This document shows, in pieces, positions 29,082 through 35,090 of a DNA stretch of 35,090 nt. The notes under the pieces were generated by a model. That model did no database searches. It saw only the letters and a program-made list of their open reading frames with translations, and was not told where the DNA came from. The first letter of the stretch is position 1; each line of letters opens with the position of its first letter. Source of the DNA: Gammaproteobacteria bacterium (GTDB taxonomy: Bacteria; Pseudomonadota; Gammaproteobacteria; J025); NCBI GenBank assembly GCA_003696645.1, contig RFGN01000140.1, positions 1 to 35,090 on the forward strand. Reading direction: 5' to 3'. The position numbers and the translations under genes were made by a program.

Positions 29082-29838
29082 CATGGATCGTACAGAAAGT
29101 ATATATGGGATCAACCCGGTTTTAACCCTGTTGAAGCAATCGCCGAGTCAGGTGTTGCAGCTTTATATCCAGGCGGGAATCCATTCAAGACGGATCGACG
29201 AGATCGCAGGGTTGGCAACCAAAAAGGACATTCCAACTGAGGTTGTAGAGCGGGTGCGTTTGCAGGCGCTTGCCGGATGCGATCGACATCAGGGGGTCTT
29301 TGCCATTACGAAACCGGTCGAAACATTATCCTTTGACACCTTGCTGGATCATCTCGAAAAGGACTACATGGCGCAACAACTCCCCCCTCTGCTGGTGCTT
29401 GATCAGGTACAGGATCCTCATAACCTCGGTGCCTGCCTGAGAACTGCTGATGCGGTCGGCATTGCTGCCATCCTGATACCGGAACGAAAATCAACACCTG
29501 TCACGGCGGTGACCAGAAAAGTGGCATGTGGGGCTGCAGAGTCGATCCCTGTGATACCGGTCAAGAACCTGGCCAGGAGTCTGCAGGCACTGAAAAAGCT
29601 TGGTTACTGGCTTGTCGGGACGGACGAGCGGGGAAGCATGGATTATACCGAGCTGGACTGGACAATCCCTGTTACACTGGTGATGGGCAATGAGGGATCA
29701 GGGCTCCGTCGGCTGACAAGAGAATCTTGTGATTATCTCGTTCACATCCCCATGTTGGGTCAGGTCAGCAGCCTGAATGTATCGGTTGCGACGGGCGTTT
29801 GTCTGTATGAGATGCTACGCCAGAGGAGGCATAAATAA
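29071..29838 (+). CDS. rlmB: 23S rRNA (guanosine-2'-O)-methyltransferase RlmB (SpoU/TrmH family)
   Basis: IYGINPVLTLL at the N-terminus (substrate-binding domain). SPOUT motifs LVLDQVQDPHNLGACLRTA..., LVMGNEGSGLR, IPM.G.VSSLNVSVATG. The position after rnr is the conserved rnr-rlmB arrangement. Overlaps rnr by 11 nt. Confidence 0.92.
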   Translation: MSHDMDRTESIYGINPVLTLLKQSPSQVLQLYIQAGIHSRRIDEIAGLATKKDIPTEVVERVRLQALAGCDRHQGVFAITKPVETLSFDTLLDHLEKDYMAQQLPPLLVLDQVQDPHNLGACLRTADAVGIAAILIPERKSTPVTAVTRKVACGAAESIPVIPVKNLARSLQALKKLGYWLVGTDERGSMDYTELDWTIPVTLVMGNEGSGLRRLTRESCDYLVHIPMLGQVSSLNVSVATGVCLYEMLRQRRHK

Positions 29839-29865
29839 CGGGAGCAGACGTTTAATCTGCCCCCG
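29839..29865. terminator. Hairpin between convergent rlmB and the small membrane-protein gene
   Basis: Stem CGGGAGCAGA / TCTGCCCCCG (10 positions, one mismatch) with a 7-nt loop. No U-tract. Confidence 0.3.
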
Positions 29866-29881
29866 TCGAAAGCGGCTTCGG

Positions 29882-30175
29882 TTACGCAGCCTTTCTTGTC
29901 GGTGCCATCGGATCGTCTTCAGACTCGTGCGGCCGCTTGAAAGGCACGACATTGTCTGAACGATGGTGTCCGGAAGAATGGCTTCGTAACCACAGATCCT
30001 CAAGTCCCAGAGTACTGCCCAGGACCAGTGAGGTTCCTGTCAGTGCCAGACCGGCTTCCTGGAAAGTGACTGTCGTGGTACCGAGCAGCAGGGGAAGCCC
30101 CATGGCGATACCGGACAGCACGGCCAGAACCAGTGCTGACACCTTGAAGACAATGATATTTCTCATTTTCGGCAT
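29882..30175 (-). CDS. Small hypothetical two-TM membrane protein with charged His-rich tail
   Basis: 97-aa ORF. Strong SD AAGGAGG 7 nt upstream of the ATG. Two hydrophobic segments (IIVFKVSALVLAVLSGIAMGLPLLL and AGLALTGTSLVLGSTLGL). No family recognised. Confidence 0.6.
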   Translation of the reverse strand: MPKMRNIIVFKVSALVLAVLSGIAMGLPLLLGTTTVTFQEAGLALTGTSLVLGSTLGLEDLWLRSHSSGHHRSDNVVPFKRPHESEDDPMAPTRKAA

Positions 30176-30336
30176 TTCAAAACCTCCTTAACAAGCAAGA
30201 TTTATCCATCTCAAAAACAAGTAAATACCATCGGGATATTTCTGATGCACTGATTAATCCCTGTGCCAGAAATACCCCCGTTCTTCCGGACAAGTAGACG
30301 AATTCCGGCTAAAAAAGTTCCATGAAATTTCGAAAA

Positions 30337-31188
30337 TCAGCCGGCCAGGTTTCTGGCCATCAGGGTATTCTGCAGGAGCATGGCAACAGTCATGGGGCCG
30401 ACCCCGCCTGGAACAGGGGTTATCCAGCCTGCTCGTTTACTGGCCGTTTCAAAATCCACATCTCCGGACAATCGTCCATCTTCAGATCGGTGGATGCCTA
30501 CATCGATGACAATGGCACCAGGCTTGATCCATTCGGAAAGGACGATATGCTGCTTCCCTATTGCCACAACCAGGATATCCGCATCACTGACTCTTTCTTC
30601 CAGGTTTTGCGTAAACCGATGGCAGATCGTGACGGTGGCGCCGGCCAACAGAAGCTCCATGGCCATGGGGCGGCCGACAATATTGGATGCCCCGACCACG
30701 ACGGCATGCTTGCCTTTTAGCGGCACGGTTGTCTGTTCAAGCAGCTTCATGATCCCATAGGGGGTGCAAGGCCTGAGAGTGGGGCAACGCAACATCAGGC
30801 GGCCTATATTATAGGGATGAAACCCATCGACATCCTTTGCCGGGGAAATGGTTTCGAGGATGGTTTCCGGGTCGATGTGTTCTGGCAGAGGCAGCTGGAC
30901 GAGAATGCCATCAACCGAAGTATCCTGATTCAGCTGCTTGATCAGGGCCAATAATTCGGTTTGTGTCGTGTATTCAGGCAGGTCATGGGCGAAAGAAAGG
31001 ATTCCGGCGCTTTCGCAGGCCTTGCGCTTGTTGGCCACATAGACTTCAGAGGCTGGATGACTTCCAACCAGGATAACAGCCAGACCAGGAGGTCGAATCC
31101 CCTGGTTGTTCATCTCGGCAACAGTCTTTTTGACCTCGTTTCTTACAGACAGGGCCAAGGCCTTGCCATCAATGATTTTCGCGCTCAT
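30337..31188 (-). CDS. folD: Bifunctional methylenetetrahydrofolate dehydrogenase/methenyl-THF cyclohydrolase
   Basis: 283 aa. Starts [12 protein letters not shown]. Contains [42 protein letters not shown] and [10 protein letters not shown]. Confidence 0.95.
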   Translation of the reverse strand: MSAKIIDGKALALSVRNEVKKTVAEMNNQGIRPPGLAVILVGSHPASEVYVANKRKACESAGILSFAHDLPEYTTQTELLALIKQLNQDTSVDGILVQLPLPEHIDPETILETISPAKDVDGFHPYNIGRLMLRCPTLRPCTPYGIMKLLEQTTVPLKGKHAVVVGASNIVGRPMAMELLLAGATVTICHRFTQNLEERVSDADILVVAIGKQHIVLSEWIKPGAIVIDVGIHRSEDGRLSGDVDFETASKRAGWITPVPGGVGPMTVAMLLQNTLMARNLAG

Positions 31189-31248
31189 TGGGTTTTATGG
31201 ATGATTTTGTCGGTATGGATTTATTTATACGGGACGGAATCCTGAATT

Positions 31249-31257
31249 TGTTATAAT
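31249..31257 (+). promoter_or_regulatory. Candidate extended -10 promoter element for leuCDB-asd
   Basis: TGtTATAAT (TGnTATAAT consensus) lies 29 nt upstream of the leuC ATG. No good -35 hexamer. Confidence 0.4.
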
Positions 31258-31285
31258 CTTAACACTTTTTGATCAGACACAAAGC

Positions 31286-32695
31286 ATGAGCGGTAAAACA
31301 CTCTATGACAAGCTCTGGGAATCACATGCCATTACAGCGAGTGAGGACGGATCGACTCTGATATATATTGACCGACAGTTGGTCCATGAAGTCACTTCTC
31401 CTCAGGCCTTTGAGGGATTGAGATTGGGTGGCCGATCGGTCTGGCGTCGATCGGCCAATCTTGCAACACCGGATCACAATGTCCCGACAGTGGACAGAAG
31501 CGCCGGAATCGAGGATCCGATATCCAGGCTGCAGGTCGAGACTCTGGATGAAAATTGTCGTAATTTTGGTATCACCGAATATGACATGATGGATCCCAGA
31601 CAGGGTATTGTGCATGTCATTGGTCCTGAAAATGGCGCCATTTTACCGGGCATGACAGTCGTTTGCGGAGACTCTCATACCTCGACACATGGCGCCTTTG
31701 CCGCATTGGCATTCGGTATCGGGACCTCAGAGGTCGAACATGTTCTCGCCACCCAATGCCTGTGGCTCAAGCAATCCAGGAACATGCGTGTGACCGTCGA
31801 AGGCCATCTTGGCAAAGGGGTTTCCGCCAAGGATATTGCCTTGCATGTCATTGGTGTCATTGGAACAGCTGGAGGCACTGGTCATACCATAGAATTTTGT
31901 GGAAATGCGATCCGTTCGCTCAGTATGGAAGGTCGCATGACCCTCTGCAATATGGCTATTGAGGCTGGCGCCAGATCCGGTCTGGTCGCCGTTGATGATG
32001 AAACATTGCGATATTTGCAGAATCGTCCCTATGCTCCGAAAGGACAGGACTGGATCGAGGCAACAAACTACTGGAAAACACTGGTCAGTGATGATGATGC
32101 GAGTTTTGATCGGGAGATCTTCATCAGTGCAGAAGAAATCAAGCCGCAGGTGACATGGGGAACCTCTCCAGAGATGGTGTTACCCGTTGATGGAAAGCTA
32201 CCCGATCCTGATCTGGAAGCGGATTCGGTAAAAAGAGAGAGCTATCGTCGGGCTCTTCAATACATGGATCTTGTTCCTGGACAGAAGATTACTGAAATCT
32301 GTCCGGACAAGGTTTTTATAGGATCTTGTACCAATTCACGTATCGAGGATCTGCGTATTGCGGCCCAGGTTGTTGAAGGCAAAAGGATTGCGGATTCGAT
32401 TTCTCTGGCAATGGTTGTACCGGGTTCTGGTCAGGTCAAGAAGATGGCCGAGTCAGAAGGATTGGACAAGATCTTTACAGCAGCCGGATTCGAGTGGCGT
32501 GAGCCTGGATGTTCGATGTGTCTTGCCATGAATGCCGACAGGCTCGAACCTGGAGAACGGTGCGCGTCAACATCCAATCGCAATTTTGAAGGCCGTCAGG
32601 GGCAGGGTGGTCGTACCCACCTTGTCAGTCCAGCGATGGCGGCCGCAGCCGCGATTGCAGGACATTTTGTTGACGTGCGCGAGGTGATGAGATGA
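31286..32695 (+). CDS. leuC: 3-isopropylmalate dehydratase large subunit
   Basis: 469 aa. Starts [14 protein letters not shown]. Contains [14 protein letters not shown] and VCGDSHT. Aconitase-type cluster cysteines in [11 protein letters not shown] and CSMCLAMN. Confidence 0.97.
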   Translation: MSGKTLYDKLWESHAITASEDGSTLIYIDRQLVHEVTSPQAFEGLRLGGRSVWRRSANLATPDHNVPTVDRSAGIEDPISRLQVETLDENCRNFGITEYDMMDPRQGIVHVIGPENGAILPGMTVVCGDSHTSTHGAFAALAFGIGTSEVEHVLATQCLWLKQSRNMRVTVEGHLGKGVSAKDIALHVIGVIGTAGGTGHTIEFCGNAIRSLSMEGRMTLCNMAIEAGARSGLVAVDDETLRYLQNRPYAPKGQDWIEATNYWKTLVSDDDASFDREIFISAEEIKPQVTWGTSPEMVLPVDGKLPDPDLEADSVKRESYRRALQYMDLVPGQKITEICPDKVFIGSCTNSRIEDLRIAAQVVEGKRIADSISLAMVVPGSGQVKKMAESEGLDKIFTAAGFEWREPGCSMCLAMNADRLEPGERCASTSNRNFEGRQGQGGRTHLVSPAMAAAAAIAGHFVDVREVMR

Positions 32696-33339
32696 AGGCA
32701 TTTACCCGTCACCAGGGATTGGTGGCCCCTCTTGATCGTGCCAATGTCGATACAGATGCGATCATCCCGAAGCAGTTCCTGAAATCGGTCAAACGATCCG
32801 GTTTTGGTCCCAACCTGTTTGATGAATGGCGTTATCTGGATCATGGTGAACCGGGCATGGACTGCAGTCAACGGCCCCTGAATCCTGATTTTGTCCTGAA
32901 TCAACCGCGTTATCAGGGAGCCAGTATTCTGCTCAGCAGAGAAAATTTTGGTTGCGGATCATCTCGTGAACACGCGCCCTGGGCTCTGGAAGATTTTGGC
33001 TTTCGGGCCATTATTGCCCCGAGTTTTGCAGATATCTTCTTCAATAACTGTTTCAAGAATGGCCTGTTGCCTGTTGTGTTGCCATCCGATGTTGTAGATC
33101 AACTGTTTTCTGAAGTGGAAGCAAGTCCAGGTTACCAACTGGAAATCGATTTGGCGCAGAAGACAGTCAAATCTCCTTCGGATCAGGTATGGAATTTTGA
33201 TATCGATGACTTCAGGCAGTACAGATTGCTGAACGGACTTGATGATATTGGATTGACTCTTGAGAACAGTGATCTGATCAAGGCATTTGAGAATGAGCGT
33301 CGCCAACGTTTTCCCTGGATGTTTAACGAACTGAAATAA
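32692..33339 (+). CDS. leuD: 3-isopropylmalate dehydratase small subunit
   Basis: 215 aa. Contains [17 protein letters not shown] and [18 protein letters not shown]. The ATGA start overlaps the leuC stop. Confidence 0.96.
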   Translation: MKAFTRHQGLVAPLDRANVDTDAIIPKQFLKSVKRSGFGPNLFDEWRYLDHGEPGMDCSQRPLNPDFVLNQPRYQGASILLSRENFGCGSSREHAPWALEDFGFRAIIAPSFADIFFNNCFKNGLLPVVLPSDVVDQLFSEVEASPGYQLEIDLAQKTVKSPSDQVWNFDIDDFRQYRLLNGLDDIGLTLENSDLIKAFENERRQRFPWMFNELK

Positions 33340-33343
33340 CCGT

Positions 33344-34432
33344 ATGCAGAAAAAAATACTGGTATTGCCAGGAGATGGTATTGGGCCGGAGATCGTTGCC
33401 GAGGCTGTCAAGGTCCTTGAATTTTTCAACAGCAAGAATGGAGACCCATTTGTTCTGGAAACGGGACTGATTGGAGGGAGTGCCTATGAAGAAACGGGTG
33501 CTCCACTTCCGGAAGAGACACTCGGCAAGGCCAGAGCCTCCGATGCCATCCTTCTGGGCGCTGTCGGAGGGTATCAATGGGACAGCCTGGATCGGGAACT
33601 TCGACCTGAAAAAGGATTGCTTGGGTTGCGGGCCGGTTTGGATCTGTATGCCAATCTGCGTCCGGCGATTCTCTATTCCCAATTGGCCTCGGCTTCCACG
33701 CTTCGTGAGGAAGTGGTAAGTGGGTTGGATCTCATGATCGTACGAGAGCTGACAGGCGGTATCTACTTTGGCCAGCCACGTGGCATTCGGACACTCGAAA
33801 ACGGTGAGAGAGAAGGGTTCAATACCCTTGTCTATCGTGAATCAGAGATTGAACGTATTGCCCATACGGCCTTTCAGATTGCTTCCAGAAGGGATAAACG
33901 TGTTTGTTCGGTAGACAAGGCCAATGTCCTGGAGGTCACGGGTCTATGGCGTGAGGTGATGGAAAAGGTTGCGAGAGAGTATCCGGAAATCGAACTCAGT
34001 CATATGTATGTGGACAATGCCTCCATGCAACTGGTTCGTAATCCCAAGCAGTTTGATGTGCTGGTTACGACCAACATGTTTGGCGACATCTTGTCCGATT
34101 GTGCCGCAATGCTGACGGGTTCGATCGGGATGTTGCCTTCCGCTTCGCTCAATCGGCAAGGACAGGGGATGTACGAACCCATACATGGCTCGGCACCGGA
34201 TATTGCCGGAAAGGGGATTGCCAATCCCATGGCCACGATATTGTCCGTCAGCATGATGATGCGCTATTCACTGGATAGCCCGGAGATAGCAGACCAGATA
34301 GATGCCGCGGTTGGGCGAGTGCTGGATGCGGGTTATCGTACTGCCGATATCTACACTGATGGGATGAAACAGGTTGGAACCTCAGAGATGGGGGATGCCA
34401 TGATTGCAGTACTGAATGGAGAGGAGATTTGA
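33344..34432 (+). CDS. leuB: 3-isopropylmalate dehydrogenase
   Basis: 362 aa. Contains [55 protein letters not shown] and [10 protein letters not shown]. Confidence 0.97.
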   Translation: MQKKILVLPGDGIGPEIVAEAVKVLEFFNSKNGDPFVLETGLIGGSAYEETGAPLPEETLGKARASDAILLGAVGGYQWDSLDRELRPEKGLLGLRAGLDLYANLRPAILYSQLASASTLREEVVSGLDLMIVRELTGGIYFGQPRGIRTLENGEREGFNTLVYRESEIERIAHTAFQIASRRDKRVCSVDKANVLEVTGLWREVMEKVAREYPEIELSHMYVDNASMQLVRNPKQFDVLVTTNMFGDILSDCAAMLTGSIGMLPSASLNRQGQGMYEPIHGSAPDIAGKGIANPMATILSVSMMMRYSLDSPEIADQIDAAVGRVLDAGYRTADIYTDGMKQVGTSEMGDAMIAVLNGEEI

Positions 34433-34436
34433 GATA

Positions 34437-35090
34437 ATGTCAAAGCAATTTGATGTGGCAGTGGTGGGTGCTACAGGGGCTGTTGGGGCAACCATGATCA
34501 AGATTCTGGAAGAGAGACAGTTTCCAGTGCGGCATCTCTACCCACTGGCAAGTGCCAGATCTGCAGGAAAGTCTGTACAGTTCAGGGGTGAGTCTATTGT
34601 CATCCAGGATTTGGCTGAATTTGATTTCTCCCGGACTCAAATCGGGTTGTTCTCGGCTGGGGGCAGCGTTTCACGAGAGTTTGCTCTCAAGGCAGGTCAG
34701 GCTGGCTGTATCGTGATTGACAATACCTCGGAGTTTCGGTATCGGGATGATATCCCACTGGTTGTACCAGAAGTCAATGCCCATGCAATCTCTGAATACA
34801 AGAATCACAATATCATCGCCAATCCGAATTGTTCTACGATCCAGATGCTGGTGGCGCTGAAGCCAATCCATGATGTGGCTGATATCTCAAGAATCAATGT
34901 CTGTACCTATCAGGCCGTTTCCGGTAGTGGTAAAAGGGCTATCGAAGAGCTCTATGAGCAATGCAAGGTCATTCTGGATGGTGAACAACCTGTCCCTGAA
35001 GTATACCCAAAGCCAATCGCCTTTAATGTATTGCCACACATCGATACCTTTCAGGAGAATGGATATACCCGCGAAGAGATGAAGATGGTA
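34437..35090 (+). CDS. asd: Aspartate-semialdehyde dehydrogenase (5' part, runs off the window)
   Basis: ATG 34437 opens a frame to the window end (218 codons). It is absent from the ORF track because no stop is reached. Contains MSKQFDVAVVGATGAVG (NADP-binding GxxGxxG) and the active-site IANPNCSTIQM. Confidence 0.93.
   Translation, partial: MSKQFDVAVVGATGAVGATMIKILEERQFPVRHLYPLASARSAGKSVQFRGESIVIQDLAEFDFSRTQIGLFSAGGSVSREFALKAGQAGCIVIDNTSEFRYRDDIPLVVPEVNAHAISEYKNHNIIANPNCSTIQMLVALKPIHDVADISRINVCTYQAVSGSGKRAIEELYEQCKVILDGEQPVPEVYPKPIAFNVLPHIDTFQENGYTREEMKMV

Noticed and set aside
31197-31256. 19-codon ORF ([19 protein letters not shown]) upstream of leuC as a possible leucine attenuation leader peptide
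   Set aside because: There is no run of consecutive Leu codons. Its ATG is only 9 nt from the divergent folD start. There is no terminator/antiterminator structure in the 29 nt before leuC. Its end also overlaps the best -10 candidate.

Overview
This is a 35-kb stretch of a compact, roughly 50% GC chromosome of gammaproteobacterial type. Many stop and start codons overlap, and most orthologues are recognisably E. coli-like. No database search was possible. All calls rest on motifs read in the supplied translations and on recalled similarity to well-known families.

The housekeeping content, in order:
- a K+ channel
- smrA-parE-parC (topoisomerase IV)
- the complete EF-P beta-lysylation module (epmB, divergent from efp-epmA)
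- rsgA, an M48 peptidase, and orn-vanZ-pyrE
- a small cytochrome c
- yciB-yciI-bolA, yciO and prmB
- a PilW-type TPR lipoprotein and yjbQ
- rnr-rlmB and folD
- leuC-leuD-leuB-asd (asd runs off the 3' edge)

The unusual content:
1. A 1,801-aa surface protein with a 7-blade SBBP propeller and five DUF11 modules. Its C-terminal sorting-signal-like tail is not terminal. It continues in frame into a signal-peptide-like segment and an OmpA-type 8-strand beta-barrel.
2. Two translationally coupled FGE/SUMF1-family periplasmic proteins. The first carries an N-terminal di-haem (2x CXXCH) module and a C-x4-C pair. The second lacks those cysteines. Both are welded by overlapping codons onto rnr-rlmB.
3. 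An orphan promoter-to-terminator unit (about 115 nt, three hairpins, repeated purine-rich loop motif). It looks like an undescribed sRNA or leader upstream of pilW.
4. An RRM RNA-binding protein with a C-terminal transmembrane tail anchor.
5. A 566-aa protein with an atypical PilZ-like domain.

No tRNA or rRNA genes, CRISPR arrays, IS elements, transposases, integrases or phage signatures were seen.
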